Origin: Eledone cirrhosa
Lineage: Eukaryota
NCBI GenBank assembly: GCA_964016885.1
Contig: OZ024740.1
Coordinates: 23,994,001 to 24,058,000 of the forward strand
DNA: 64,000 nucleotides
Direction: 5' to 3'
Shown: positions 48,195-62,700 of the stretch, one piece after another
Layout: each line of letters opens with the position of its first letter
Numbering within the stretch: position 1 is the first letter of the stretch
Notes under the pieces: model-generated
Told to the model about the DNA's origin: nothing
The model's input: only the letters and a program-made list of their open reading frames with translations
Database searches by the model: none
Position numbers and translations under genes: made by a program

Positions 48195-48830
48195 CTGTTG
48201 TTGTTGTTGTTGTTATTGTTGTTAACGTTGTATGTGTTGTTGTTGCTACTCGTGGTATTGTGTTGTTATTGTTAATGTTTTTGTTTTTGTTGTTACTTGT
48301 GGTGTTGTTGCTGTTGTTTTTGTTGTTATTGTTATTGTTGTTATTGTTATTGTTGTTATTGTTTCTGTTGTTATTGTTGTTGCTGTTATTGTTGTTCCTA
48401 CTTGTGGTGTTGTTCTATTGTTATTGTTGTTGTTGTTACTGGTGGTGTTGTTACTGTTGTTGCTGTTATTGTTGTTGTTACTCTTGTTGCTGTTGTTGTT
48501 GTTGTTATTATTACTGGAGGAGTTTTTAAATTGTTATTAAATCTTTTTTCAAGTTTTCTCAATTCCAATACTATGTCTGTGTTGTGCTGTTATTAATGGT
48601 GATGTTATTGTTACTGTTGTTGTTGTTGTTACTGTTGTTGTTGTTACTGTTGTTGTTGTTATTGTTATTGTTACTGTTGTTGTTGTTACTGTTGTTGTTA
48701 TTACTGTTACCACTGTTGTTCTTATTATTGTTGTCAACGGTGATAGTGTGGTTATTGTAACTGTTGTGTTAATTTTGTTTGTGTTTTTATTGTAGATATT
48801 TCCATTCTTGCTTTTGTCGTTAATGTAGTT
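48195..48830. repeat. Degenerate (GTT)n-derived low-complexity tract
   Basis: GTT/ATT/ACT mosaic with frameshifts in the Thr-reading frame. Confidence 0.85.
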
Positions 48831-48834
48831 GCAC

Positions 48835-49080
48835 TTGTTGTTGTTGTTGTTGTTGTGGTGGCGGTGGTTGTCACTGTTGATGTTCCTTTTATGGTTGTTG
48901 TTGTTGTTGTTGTTGTGGTGGCGGTGGTTGCCACTGTTGATGTTCCTTTTATGGTTGTTGTTGTTGTTGTTGTTGTGGTGGTGGCGGTGGTTGCCACTGT
49001 TGATGTTCCTTTTATGGTTGTTGTTGTTGTTGTTGTTGTTGTGGTGGCGGTGGTTGCCACTGTTGATGTTCCTTTTATGG

Positions 49081-49111
<31 letters not shown>

Positions 49112-49149
49112 GGTGGCGGTGGTTGCCACTGTTGATGTTCCTTTTATGG

Positions 49150-49180
<31 letters not shown>

Positions 49181-50325
49181 GGTGGCGGTGGTTGCCACTG
49201 TTGATGTTCCTTTTATGGTTGTTGTTGTTGTTGTTGTGGTGGCGGTGGTTGCCACTGTTGATGTTCCTTTTATGGTTGTTGTTGTTGTTGTTGTTGTGGC
49301 GGTGGTTGCCACTGTTGATGTACCTTTTATGGTTGTTGTTGTTGTTGTTGTTGTGGCGGTGGTTGCCACTGTTGATGTTTCTTTTATGGTTGTTGTTGTT
49401 GTTGTTGTTGTGGCGGTGGTTGCCACCGTTGATGTTCCTTTTATGGTTGTTGTTGTTGTTGTTGTGGCGGTGGTGGTTGTCACTGTTGATGTTCCTTTTA
49501 TGGTTGTTTTTGTTGTTGTTGTGGCGGTGGTTGCCACTATTGATGTTCCTTTTATGGTTGTTGTTGTTGTGGCGGTGGTTGCCACTGTTGATGTTCCTTT
49601 TATGGTTGTTGTTGTTGTTGTTGTGGCGGTGGTTGCCACTATTGATGTTCCTTTTATGGTTGTTGTTGTTGTTGTGGCGGTGGTTGCCACTGTTGATGTT
49701 CCTTTTATTGTTGTTGTTGTTGTTGTTGTGGCGGTGGTTGTCACTGTTGATGTTCCTTTTATGGTTGTTGTTGTTGTTGTTGTGGCGGTGGTTGTCACTG
49801 TTGATGTTCCTTTTATGGTTGTTGTTGTTGTTGTTGTTGTGGCGGTGGTTGTCACTGTTGATGTTCCTTTTATGGTTGTTGTTGTTGTTGTTGTTGTGGC
49901 GGTGGTTGCCACTGTTGATGTTCCTTTTATGGTTGTTGTTGTTGTTGTTGTGGTGGTGGTTGTCTCTGTTGATGTTCCTTTTATGGTTGTTGTTGTTGTT
50001 GTGGCGGTGGTTGCCACTGTTGATGTTCCTTTTATGGTTGTTGTTGTTGTTGTTGTGGCGGTGGTTGCCACTGTTGATGTTCCTTTTATGGTTGTTGTTG
50101 TTGTTGTTGTGGCGGTGGTTGTCACTGTTGATGTTCCTTTTATGGTTCTTGTTGTTGTTGTTGTGGTGGTGGTTGTCACTGTTGATGTTCCTTTTATGGT
50201 TGTTGTTGTTGTTGTTGTTGTGGCGGTGGCGGTGGTTGCCACTGTTGATGTTCCTTTTATGGTTGTTGTTGTTGTTGTTGTTGTTGTGGTGGCGGTGGTT
50301 GCCACTGTTGATGTTCCTTTTATGG

Positions 50326-50356
<31 letters not shown>

Positions 50357-50682
50357 GGTGGCGGTGGTTGCCACTGTTGATGTTCCTTTTATGGTTGTTG
50401 TTGTTGTTGTTGTGGCGGTGGTTGCCACTGTTGATGTTCCTTTTATGGTTGTTGTTGTTGTTGTTGTGGCGGTGGTTGTCACTGTTGATGTTCCTTTTAT
50501 GGTTCTTGTTGTTGTTGTTGTGGTGGTGGTTGTCACTGTTGATGTTCCTTTTATGGTTGTTGTTGTTGTTGTTGTTGTGGCGGTGGCGGTGGTTGCCACT
50601 GTTGATGTTCCTTTTATGGTTGTTGTTGTTGTTGTTGTTGTTGTGGTGGCGGTGGTTGCCACTGTTGATGTTCCTTTTATGG

Positions 50683-50713
<31 letters not shown>

Positions 50714-50751
50714 GGTGGCGGTGGTTGCCACTGTTGATGTTCCTTTTATGG

Positions 50752-50782
<31 letters not shown>

Positions 50783-51927
50783 GGTGGCGGTGGTTGCCAC
50801 TGTTGATGTTCCTTTTATGGTTGTTGTTGTTGTTGTTGTGGTGGCGGTGGTTGCCACTGTTGATGTTCCTTTTATGGTTGTTGTTGTTGTTGTTGTTGTG
50901 GCGGTGGTTGCCACTGTTGATGTACCTTTTATGGTTGTTGTTGTTGTTGTTGTTGTGGCGGTGGTTGCCACTGTTGATGTTTCTTTTATGGTTGTTGTTG
51001 TTGTTGTTGTTGTGGCGGTGGTTGCCACCGTTGATGTTCCTTTTATGGTTGTTGTTGTTGTTGTTGTGGCGGTGGTGGTTGTCACTGTTGATGTTCCTTT
51101 TATGGTTGTTTTTGTTGTTGTTGTGGCGGTGGTTGCCACTATTGATGTTCCTTTTATGGTTGTTGTTGTTGTGGCGGTGGTTGCCACTGTTGATGTTCCT
51201 TTTATGGTTGTTGTTGTTGTTGTTGTGGCGGTGGTTGCCACTATTGATGTTCCTTTTATGGTTGTTGTTGTTGTTGTGGCGGTGGTTGCCACTGTTGATG
51301 TTCCTTTTATTGTTGTTGTTGTTGTTGTTGTGGCGGTGGTTGTCACTGTTGATGTTCCTTTTATGGTTGTTGTTGTTGTTGTTGTGGCGGTGGTTGTCAC
51401 TGTTGATGTTCCTTTTATGGTTGTTGTTGTTGTTGTTGTTGTGGCGGTGGTTGTCACTGTTGATGTTCCTTTTATGGTTGTTGTTGTTGTTGTTGTTGTG
51501 GCGGTGGTTGCCACTGTTGATGTTCCTTTTATGGTTGTTGTTGTTGTTGTTGTGGTGGTGGTTGTCTCTGTTGATGTTCCTTTTATGGTTGTTGTTGTTG
51601 TTGTGGCGGTGGTTGCCACTGTTGATGTTCCTTTTATGGTTGTTGTTGTTGTTGTTGTGGCGGTGGTTGCCACTGTTGATGTTCCTTTTATGGTTGTTGT
51701 TGTTGTTGTTGTGGCGGTGGTTGTCACTGTTGATGTTCCTTTTATGGTTCTTGTTGTTGTTGTTGTGGTGGTGGTTGTCACTGTTGATGTTCCTTTTATG
51801 GTTGTTGTTGTTGTTGTTGTTGTGGCGGTGGCGGTGGTTGCCACTGTTGATGTTCCTTTTATGGTTGTTGTTGTTGTTGTTGTTGTTGTGGTGGCGGTGG
51901 TTGCCACTGTTGATGTTCCTTTTATGG

Positions 51928-51958
<31 letters not shown>

Positions 51959-51996
51959 GGTGGCGGTGGTTGCCACTGTTGATGTTCCTTTTATGG

Positions 51997-52027
<31 letters not shown>

Positions 52028-53646
52028 GGTGGCGGTGGTTGCCACTGTTGATGTTCCTTTTATGGTTGTTGTTGTTGTTGTTGTGGTGGCGGTGGTTGCC
52101 ACTGTTGATGTTCCTTTTATGGTTGTTGTTGTTGTTGTTGTTGTGGCGGTGGTTGCCACTGTTGATGTACCTTTTATGGTTGTTGTTGTTGTTGTTGTTG
52201 TGGCGGTGGTTGCCACTGTTGATGTTTCTTTTATGGTTGTTGTTGTTGTTGTTGTTGTGGCGGTGGTTGCCACCGTTGATGTTCCTTTTATGGTTGTTGT
52301 TGTTGTTGTTGTGGCGGTGGTGGTTGTCACTGTTGATGTTCCTTTTATGGTTGTTTTTGTTGTTGTTGTGGCGGTGGTTGCCACTATTGATGTTCCTTTT
52401 ATGGTTGTTGTTGTTGTGGCGGTGGTTGCCACTGTTGATGTTCCTTTTATGGTTGTTGTTGTTGTTGTTGTGGCGGTGGTTGCCACTATTGATGTTCCTT
52501 TTATGGTTGTTGTTGTTGTTGTGGCGGTGGTTGCCACTGTTGATGTTCCTTTTATTGTTGTTGTTGTTGTTGTTGTGGCGGTGGTTGTCACTGTTGATGT
52601 TCCTTTTATGGTTGTTGTTGTTGTTGTTGTGGCGGTGGTTGTCACTGTTGATGTTCCTTTTATGGTTGTTGTTGTTGTTGTTGTTGTGGCGGTGGTTGTC
52701 ACTGTTGATGTTCCTTTTATGGTTGTTGTTGTTGTTGTTGTGGCGGTGGTTGTCACTGTTGATGTTCCTTTTATGGTTGTTGTTGTTGTTGTGGCGGTGG
52801 TTGCCACTGTTGATGTTCCTTTCATGGTTTTTGTTGTTGTTGTTGTGGCGGTGGTTGCCACTGTTGATGTTCCTTTTATGGTTGTTGTTGTTGTTGTTGT
52901 GGCGGTGGTTGCAACTGTTGATGTTCCTTTTGTGGTTGTTGTTGTGGCGGTGGTTGTCACTGTTGATGTTCCTTTTATGGTTTTTGTTGTTGTTGTTGTG
53001 GCGGTGGTTGCCACTGTTGATGTTCCTTTTATGGTTGTTGTTGTTGTTGTTGTGGCGGTGGTTGTCTCTGTTTATGTTCCTTTTATTGTTGTTGTTGTTG
53101 TTGTTGTGGCGGTGGTTCCCATTGGTGATGTTCCTTTTATGGTTGTTGTTGTAGTTGTTGTGGCAGTGGTTGCCACTGTTGATGTTCCTTTTATGGTTGT
53201 TGTTGTTGTTGTTGTTGTGGCGGTGGTTGCCACTGTTGATGTTCCTTTTATGGTTGTTGTTGTTGTTGTTGTGGTGGTGGTTGTCTCTGTTGATGTTCCT
53301 TTTATGGTTGTTGTTGTTGTTGTGGCGGTGGTTGCCACTGTTGATGTTCCTTTTATGGTTGTTGTTGTTGTTGTTGTGGCGGTGGTTGCCACTGTTGATG
53401 TTCCTTTTATGGTTGTTGTTGTTGTTGTTGTGGCGGTGGTTGTCACTGTTGATGTTCCTTTTATGGTTCTTGTTGTTGTTGTTGTGGTGGTGGTTGTCAC
53501 TGTTGATGTTCCTTTTATGGTTGTTGTTGTTGTTGTTGTTGTGGCGGTGGCGGTGGTTGCCACTGTTGATGTTCCTTTTATGGTTGTTGTTGTTGTTGTT
53601 GTTGTTGTGGTGGCGGTGGTTGCCACTGTTGATGTTCCTTTTATGG

Positions 53647-53677
<31 letters not shown>

Positions 53678-53715
53678 GGTGGCGGTGGTTGCCACTGTTG
53701 ATGTTCCTTTTATGG

Positions 53716-53746
<31 letters not shown>

Positions 53747-56700
53747 GGTGGCGGTGGTTGCCACTGTTGATGTTCCTTTTATGGTTGTTGTTGTTGTTGT
53801 TGTGGTGGCGGTGGTTGCCACTGTTGATGTTCCTTTTATGGTTGTTGTTGTTGTTGTTGTTGTGGCGGTGGTTGCCACTGTTGATGTACCTTTTATGGTT
53901 GTTGTTGTTGTTGTTGTTGTGGCGGTGGTTGCCACTGTTGATGTTTCTTTTATGGTTGTTGTTGTTGTTGTTGTTGTGGCGGTGGTTGCCACCGTTGATG
54001 TTCCTTTTATGGTTGTTGTTGTTGTTGTTGTGGCGGTGGTGGTTGTCACTGTTGATGTTCCTTTTATGGTTGTTTTTGTTGTTGTTGTGGCGGTGGTTGC
54101 CACTATTGATGTTCCTTTTATGGTTGTTGTTGTTGTGGCGGTGGTTGCCACTGTTGATGTTCCTTTTATGGTTGTTGTTGTTGTTGTTGTGGCGGTGGTT
54201 GCCACTATTGATGTTCCTTTTATGGTTGTTGTTGTTGTTGTGGCGGTGGTTGCCACTGTTGATGTTCCTTTTATTGTTGTTGTTGTTGTTGTTGTGGCGG
54301 TGGTTGTCACTGTTGATGTTCCTTTTATGGTTGTTGTTGTTGTTGTTGTGGCGGTGGTTGTCACTGTTGATGTTCCTTTTATGGTTGTTGTTGTTGTTGT
54401 TGTTGTGGCGGTGGTTGTCACTGTTGATGTTCCTTTTATGGTTGTTGTTGTTGTTGTTGTGGCGGTGGTTGTCACTGTTGATGTTCCTTTTATGGTTGTT
54501 GTTGTTGTTGTGGCGGTGGTTGCCACTGTTGATGTTCCTTTCATGGTTTTTGTTGTTGTTGTTGTGGCGGTGGTTGCCACTGTTGATGTTCCTTTTATGG
54601 TTGTTGTTGTTGTTGTTGTGGCGGTGGTTGCAACTGTTGATGTTCCTTTTGTGGTTGTTGTTGTGGCGGTGGTTGTCACTGTTGATGTTCCTTTTATGGT
54701 TTTTGTTGTTGTTGTTGTGGCGGTGGTTGCCACTGTTGATGTTCCTTTTATGGTTGTTGTTGTTGTTGTTGTGGCGGTGGTTGTCTCTGTTTATGTTCCT
54801 TTTATTGTTGTTGTTGTTGTTGTTGTGGCGGTGGTTCCCATTGGTGATGTTCCTTTTATGGTTGTTGTTGTAGTTGTTGTGGCAGTGGTTGCCACTGTTG
54901 ATGTTCCTTTTGTGGTTGTTGTTGTTGTTGTTGTGGCGTTGGTTGTCACTGTTGATGTTCCTTTTATGGTTGTTGTTGTTGTTGTTGTGGCGGTGGTTGT
55001 CACTATTGATGTTCCTTTTATGGTTGTTGTTGTTGTTGTGGCGGTGGTTGCCACTGTTGATGTTCCTTTTATGGTTGTTGTTGTTGTTGTTGTGGCGGTG
55101 GTTGCCACTGTTGATGTTCCTTTTATGGTTGTTGTTGTTGTTGTTGTGGCGGTGGGTGTCTCTGTTGATGTTCCTTTTATGGTTGTTGTTGTTGTTGTGG
55201 CGGTGGTTGTCACTGTTGATGTTCCTTTTATGGTTGTTGTTGTTGTTGTTGTGGCGGTGGGTGTCTCTGTTGATGTTCCTTTTATGGTTGTTGTTGTTGT
55301 TGTTGTGGCGTTGGTTGTCACTGTTGATGTTCCTTTTATGGTTGTTGTTGTTGTTGTTGTGGCGGTGGGTGTCTCTGTTGATGTTCCTTTTATGGTTGTT
55401 GTTGTTGTTGTGGCGGTGGTTGCCACTGTTGATGTTCCTTTTATGGTTGTTGTTGTTGTTGTTGTGGCGGTGGTTGCCACTGTTGATGTTCCTTTTATGG
55501 TTGTTGTTGTTGTTGTTGTTGTGGCGGTGGTTGCCACTGTTGATGTTCCTTTTATGGTTGTTGTTGTTGTTGTTGTGGTGGTGGTTGTCTCTGTTGATGT
55601 TCCTTTTATGGTTGTTGTTGTTGTTGTGGCGGTGGTTGCCACTGTTGATGTTCCTTTTATGGTTGTTGTTGTTGTTGTTGTGGCGGTGGTTGCCACTGTT
55701 GATGTTCCTTTTATGGTTGTTGTTGTTGTTGTTGTGGCGGTGGTTGTCACTGTTGATGTTCCTTTTATGGTTCTTGTTGTTGTTGTTGTGGTGGTGGTTG
55801 TCACTGTTGATGTTCCTTTTATGGTTGTTGTTGTTGTTGTTGTTGTGGCGGTGGTTGTCACTGTTGATGTTCCTTTTATGGTTGTTGTTGTTGTTGTTGT
55901 GGCGGTGGTTGCCACTGTTGATGTTCCTTTTATGGTTGTTGTTGTTGTTGTTGTTGTTGTGGCGGTGGTTGTCACTGTTGATGTTCCTGTTATGGTTGTT
56001 GTTGTTGTTGTTGTGGCAGTGGTTGCCACTGTTGATGTTGCTTTTATGGTTGTTGTTGTTGTTGTTGTTGTTGTTGTGGCGGTGGTTGTCACTGTTGATG
56101 TTCCTTTTATGGTTGTTGTTGTTGTTGTTGTGGCGGTGGTTGCCACTGTTGATGTTCCTTTTATGGTTGTTGTTGTTGTTGTTGTGGCGGTGGTTGCCAC
56201 TGTTGATGTTCCTTTTATGGTTGTTGTTGTTGTTGTTGTGGCGGTGGTTGCCACTATTGATGTTCCTTTTATGGTTGTTGTTGTTGTGGCGGTGGTTGCC
56301 ACTGTTGATGTTCCTTTTATGGTTGTTGTTGTTGTTGTTGTTGTGGCGGTGGTTGCCACTGTTGATGTTCCTTTTATGGTTGTTGTTGTTGTTGTTGTGG
56401 CGGTGGTTGCCACTATTGATGTTCCTTTTATGGTTGTTGTTGTTGTTGTTGTGGCGGTGGTTGCCACTGTTGATGTTCCTTTTATGGTTGTTGTTGTTGC
56501 TGTTGTGGCGGTGGTTGCCACTGTTGATGTTCCTTTTATGGTTGTTGTTGTTGTTGTTGTTGTGGCGGTGGTTGTCACTGTTGATGTTCCTTTTATGGTT
56601 GTTGTTGTTGTTGTTGTGGCGGTGGTTGTCACTGTTGATGTTCCTTTTATGGTTGTTGTTGTTGTGGCGGTGGTTGCCACTGTTGATGTTCCTTTTATGG

Positions 56701-59700
56701 TTGTTGTTGTTGTTGTTGTGGCGGTGGTTGCCACTGTTGATGTTCCTTTTATGGTTGTTGTTGTTGTTGTTGTTGTGGCGGTGGTTGTCACTGTTGATGT
56801 TCCTTTTATGGTTTTTGTTGACGTTGTTGTGGCGGTGGTTGCCACTGTTGATGTTCCTTTTATGGTTGTTGTTGTTGTTGTTGTGGCGGTGGTTGTCACT
56901 GTTGATGTTCCGTTTATGGTTTTTGTTGTTGTTGTTGTTGTGGTTGCCACTGTTGATGTTCCTTTTATGGTTGCTGTTGTTGTTGTTGTGGCGGTGGGTG
57001 TCTCTGTTTATGTTCCTTTTATTGTTGTTGTTGTTGTTGTTGTGGCGGTGGTTCCCACTGTTGATGTTCCGTTTATGGTTTTTGTTGTCGTTGTTGTGGC
57101 GGTGGTTCCCACTGTTGATGTTCCGTTTATGGTTTTTGTTGTTGTTGTTGTGGTGGTTGCCACTGTTGATGTTCCTTTTATGGTTGTTGTTGTTGTTGTT
57201 GTTGTGGCGGTGGTTGTCACTGTTGATGTTCCGTTTATGGTTTTTGTTGTTGTTGTTGTGGTGGTTGCCACTGTTGATGTTCCTTTTATGGTTGTTGTTG
57301 TTGTTGTTGTGGCGGTGGTTGTCACTGTTGATGTTCCTTTTATGGTTGTTGTTGTTGTTGTTGTTTTTGTGGCGGTGGTTGCCACTGTTGATGTTCCTTT
57401 TATGGTTGTTGTTGTTGTTGTTGTTGTGGCGGTGGTTGCCACTGTTGATGTTCCTTTTATGGTTGTTGTTGTTGTTGTTGTTGTGGCGCTGGTTTTCACT
57501 GTTGATGTTCCTTTTATGGTTGTTGTTGTTGTTGTTGTGGCGGTGGTTGCCACTGTTGATGTTCCTTTTATGGTTGTTGTTGTTGTTGTTGTGGCGGTGG
57601 TTGCCACTGTTGATCTTCCTTTTATGGTTGTTGTTGTTGTTGTTGTGGCGGTGGTTGCCACTATTGATGTTCCTTTTATGGTTGTTGTTGTTGTGGTGGT
57701 GGTGGTTGTCACTGTTGATGTTCCTTTTATGGTTGTTGTTGTTGTTGTTGTGACGGTGGTTGCCACTGTTGATGTTCCTTTTATGGTTGTTGTTGTTGTT
57801 GTTGTGGCGGTGGTTGCCACTGTTGATGTTCCTTTTATGGTTGTTGTTGTTGTTGTTGTGGCGGTGGTTGTTACTGTTGATGTTCCTTTTATGGTTGTTG
57901 TTGTTGTTGTGGTGGCGGTGGTTGTCACTGTTGATGTTCCTTTTATGGTTGTTGTTGTTGTTGTTGTGGCGGTGGTTGCCACTGTTGATGTTCCTTTTAT
58001 GGTTGTTGTTGTTGTGGCGGTGGTTGCCACTGTTGATGTTCCTTTTATGGTTGTTGTTGTTGCTGTTGTGGCGGTGGTTGCCACTATTGATGTTCCTTTT
58101 ATGGTTGTTGTTGTTGTTGTTGTTGTGGCGGTGGTTGTCACTGTTGATGTTCCTTTTATGGTTGTTGTTGTTGTTGTTGTGGCGGTGGTTGCCACTATTG
58201 ATGTTCCTTTTATGGTTGTTGTTGTTGTTGTTGTTGTGGCGGTGGTTGCCACTGTTGATGTTCCTTTTATGGTTGTTGTTGTTGTTGTTGTTGTGGCGGT
58301 GGTTGTCACTGTTGATGTTCCTTTTATGGTTGTTGTTGTTGTTGTTGTTGTGGCGGTGGTTGCCACTGTTGATGTTACTTTTATGGTTGTTGTTGTTGTT
58401 GTTGTTGTGGCGGTGGGTGTCTCTGTTGATGTTCCTTTTATGGTTGTTGTTGTTGTTGTTGTTGTGGCGGTGGTTGCCACTGTTGATGTTACTTTTATGG
58501 TTGCTGTTGTTGTTGTTGTTGTGGCGGTGGTTGTCACTGTTGATGTTCCTTTTATGGTTGTTGTTGTTGTTGTTGTGGCGGTGGGTGTCTCTGTTGATGT
58601 TCCTTTTATGGTTGTTGTTGTTGTTGTTGTGGCGGTGGGTGTCTCTGTTGATGTTCCTTTTATGGTTGTTGTTGTTGTTGTTTTTGTGGCGGTGGTTGCC
58701 ACTGTTGATGGTACTTTTATGGTTGTTGTTGTTGTTGTTGTTGTGGCGGTGGGTGTCTCTGTTGATGTTCCTTTTATGGTTGTTGTTGTTGTTGTTGTTG
58801 TGGCGGTGGTTGCCACTGTTGATGTTACTTTTATGGTTGTTGTTGTTGTTGTTGTTGTGGCGGTGGGTGTCTCTGTTGATGTTCCTTTTATGGTTGTTGT
58901 TGTTGTTGTTGTTGTGGCGGTGGTTGCCACTGTTGATGTTACTTTTATGGTTGTTGTTGTTGTTGTTGTGGCGGTGGGTGTCTCTGTTGATGTTCCTTTT
59001 ATGGTTGTTGTTGTTGTTGTTGTGGCGGTGGGTGTCTCTGTTGATGTTCCTTTTATGGTTGTTGCTGTTGTTGTTTTTGTGGCGGTGGTTGCCACTGTTG
59101 ATGTTACTTTTATGGTTGTTGTTGTTGTTGTTGTTGTGGCGGTGGGTGTCTCTGTTGATGTTCCTTTTATGGTTGTTGTTGTTGTTGTTGTTGTGGCGGT
59201 GGTTGCCACTGTTGATGTTACTTTTATGGTTGTTGTTGTTGTTGTTGTTGTGGCGGTGGTTGCCACTGTTGATGTTCCTTTTATGGTTGTTGTTGTTGTT
59301 GTTTTTGTGGCGGTAGTTGCCACTGTTGATGTTCCTTTTATGGTTGTTGTTGTTGTTGTTGTGGCGGTGGTTGCCACTGTTGATGTTCCTTTTATGGTTG
59401 TTGTTGTTGTTGTTGTTGTGGCGGTGGTTGCCACTGTTGATGTTCCTTTTATGGTTGTTGTTGTTGTTGTTGTGGCGGTGGGTGTCTCTGTTGATGTTCC
59501 TTTTATGGTTGTTGTTGTTGTTGTTGTGGCGGTGGGTGTCTCTGTTGATGTTCCTTTTATGGTTGTTGTTGTTGTTGTGGCGGTGGTTGCCACTGTTGAT
59601 GTTCCTTTTATGGTTGTTGTTGTTGTTGTTGTGGCGGTGGTTGACACTGTTGATGTTCCTTTTATGGTTGTTGCTGTTGTTGTTGTGGCGGTGGTTGCCA

Positions 59701-62700
59701 CTGTTGATGTTCCTTTTATGGTTGTTGTTGTTGTTGTGGTGGTGGTGGTTGTCACTGTTGATGTTCCTTTTATGGTTGTTGTTGTTGTTGTGGTGGTGGT
59801 GGTTGCCACTGTTGATGTTCCTTTTATGGTTGTTGTTGTTGTTGTTTTTGTGGCGGTAGTTGCCACTGTTGATGTTCCTTTTATGGTTGTTGTTGTTGTT
59901 GTTGTGGCGGTGGTTGACACTGTTGATGTTCCTTTTATGGTTGTTGTTGTTGTTGTTTTTGTGGCGGTAGTTGCCACTGTTGATGTTCCTTTTATGGTTG
60001 TTGTTGTTGTTGTTGTGGCGGTGGTTGACACTGTTGATGTTCCTTTTATGGTTGTTGCTGTTGTTGTTGTGGCGGTGGTTGCCACTGTTGATGTTCCTTT
60101 TATGGTTGTTGTTGTTGTTGTGGTTGTGGTGGTTGTCACTGTTGATGTTCCTTTTATGGTTGTTGTTGTTGTTGTGGTGGTGGTGGTTGCCACTGTTGAT
60201 GTTCCTTTTATGGTTGTTGTTGTTGTTGTGGCGGTGGTTGCCACTGTTGATGTTCCTTTTATGGTTGTTGCTGTTGTTGTTGTGGCGGTGGTTGCCACTG
60301 TTGATGTTCCTTTTATGGTTGTTGTTGTTGTTGTGGTGGTGGTGGTTGTCACTGTTGATGTTCCTTTTATGGTTGTTGTTGTTGTTGTGGCGGTGGTTGT
60401 CACTGTTGATGTTCCTTTTATGGTTGTTGTTGTTGTTGTTGTGGTGGTGGTTGTCTCTGTTGATGTTCCTTTTATGGTTGTTGTTGTTGTTGTTGTGGCG
60501 GTGGTTGCCACTGTTGATGTTCCTTTTATGGTTGTTGTTGTTGTTGTTGTGGCGGTGGTTGCCACTGTTGATGTTCCTTTTATGGTTGTTGTTGTTGTTG
60601 TTGTGGCGGTGGTTGCCACTGTTGATGTTCCTTTTATGGTTGTTGTTGTTGTTGTTGTGGCGGTGGTTGCCACTGTTGATGTTCCTTTTATGGTTGTTGT
60701 TGTTGTTGTTGTGGCGGTGGTTGCCACTATTGATGTTCCTTTTATGGTTGTTGTTGTTGTTGTTGTGGCGGTGGTTGCCACTGTTGATGTTCCTTTTATG
60801 GTTGTTGTTGTTGTTGTTGTGGCGGTGGTTGCCACTGTTGATGTTCCTTTTATGGTTGTTGTTGTTGTTGTTGTGGCGGTGGTTGCCACTGTTGATGTTC
60901 CTTTTATGGTTGTTGTTGTTGTTGTTGTGGCGGTGGTTGTCACTGTTGATGTTCCTTTTATGGTTGTTGTTGTTGTTGTTGTGGCGGTGGTTGCCACTGT
61001 TGATGTTCCTTTTATGGTTGTTGTTGTTGTTGTTGTGGCGGTGGTTGCCACTGTTGATGTTCCTTTTATGGTTGTTGTTGTTGTTGTTGTTGTGGCGGTG
61101 GTTGTCACTGTTGATGTTCCTTTTATGGTTGTTGTTGTTGTTGTTGTGCCGGTGGTTGTCACTGTTGATGTTCCGTTTATGGTTTTTGTTGTTGTTGTTG
61201 TTGTGGTTGCCACTGTTGATGTTCCTTTTATGGTTGTTGTTGTTGTTGTTGTGGCGGTGGGTGTCTCTGTTTATGTTCCTTTTATTGTTGTTGTTGTTGT
61301 TGTTGTGGCGGTGGTTCCCACTGTTGATGTTCCGTTTATGGTTTTTGTTGTTGTTGTTGTGGCGGTGGTTGTCACTGTTGATGTTCCGTTTATGGTTTTT
61401 GTTGTTGTTGTTGTGGTGGTTGCCACTGTTGATGTTCCTTTTATGGTTGTTGTTGTTGTTGTTGTGGCGGTGGTTGTCACTGTTGATGTTCCGTTTATGG
61501 TTTTTGTTGTTGTTGTTGTGGTGGTTGCCACTCTTGATGTTCCTTTTATGGTTGTTGTTGTTGTTGTTGTGGCGGTGGTTGCCACTGTTGATGTTCCTTT
61601 TATGGTTGTTGTTGTTGTTGTTGTGGCGGTGGTTGCCACTATTGATTTTCCTTTTATGGTTGTTGTTGTTGTTGTGGCGGTGGTTGCCACTGTTGATGTT
61701 CCTTTTATGGTTGTTGTTGTTGTTGTCGTGGCGGTGGTTGCCACTGTTGATGTTCCTTTTATGGTTGTTGTTGTTGTTGTTGTGGCGGTGGTTGCCACTA
61801 TTGATGTTCCTTTTATGGTTGTTGTTGTTGTGGCGGTGGTTGCCACTGTTGATGTTCCTTTTATGGTTGTTGTTGTTGTTGTTGTGGCGGTGGTTGCCAC
61901 TGTTGATGTTCCTTTTATGGTTGTTGTTGTTGTTGTTGTGGCGGTGGTTGCCACTGTTGATGTTCCATTTATGGTTGTTGTTGTTGTTGTTGTGGCGGTG
62001 GTTGTCACTGTTGATGTTCCTTTTATGGTTGTTGTTGTTGTTGTTGTGGCGGTGGTTGCCACTGTTGATGTTCCTTTTATGGTTGTTGTTGTTGTTGTTG
62101 TGGCGGTGGTTGCCACTGTTGATGTTCCTTTTATGGTTGTTGTTGTTGTTGTTGTGGCGGTGGTTGTCACAGTTGATGTTCCTTTTATGGTTGTTGTTGT
62201 TGTTGTTGTGCCGGTGGTTGTCACTGTTGATGTTCCGTTTATGGTTTTTGTTGTTGTTGTTGTTGTGGTTGCCACTGTTGATGTTCCTTTTATGGTTGTT
62301 GTTGTTGTTGTTGTGGCGGTGGGTGTCTCTGTTTATGTTCCTTTTATTGTTGTTGTTGTTGTTGTTGTGGCGGTGGTTCCCACTGTTGATGTTCCGTTTA
62401 TGGTTTTTGTTGTTGTTGTTGTGGCGGTGGTTGTCACTGTTGATGTTCCGTTTATGGTTTTTGTTGTTGTTGTTGTGGTGGTTGCCACTGTTGATGTTCC
62501 TTTTATGGTTGTTGTTGTTGTTGTTGTTGTGGCGGTGGTTGCCACTGTTGATGTTCCTTTTATGGTTGTTGTTGTTGTTGTTGTGGTGGTTGCCACTGTT
62601 GATGTTCCTTTTATGGTTGTTGTTGTTGTTGTTGTGGCGGTGGTTGCCACTGTTGATGTTCCTTTTATGGTTGTTGTTGTTGTTGTTGTGGCGGTGGTTG

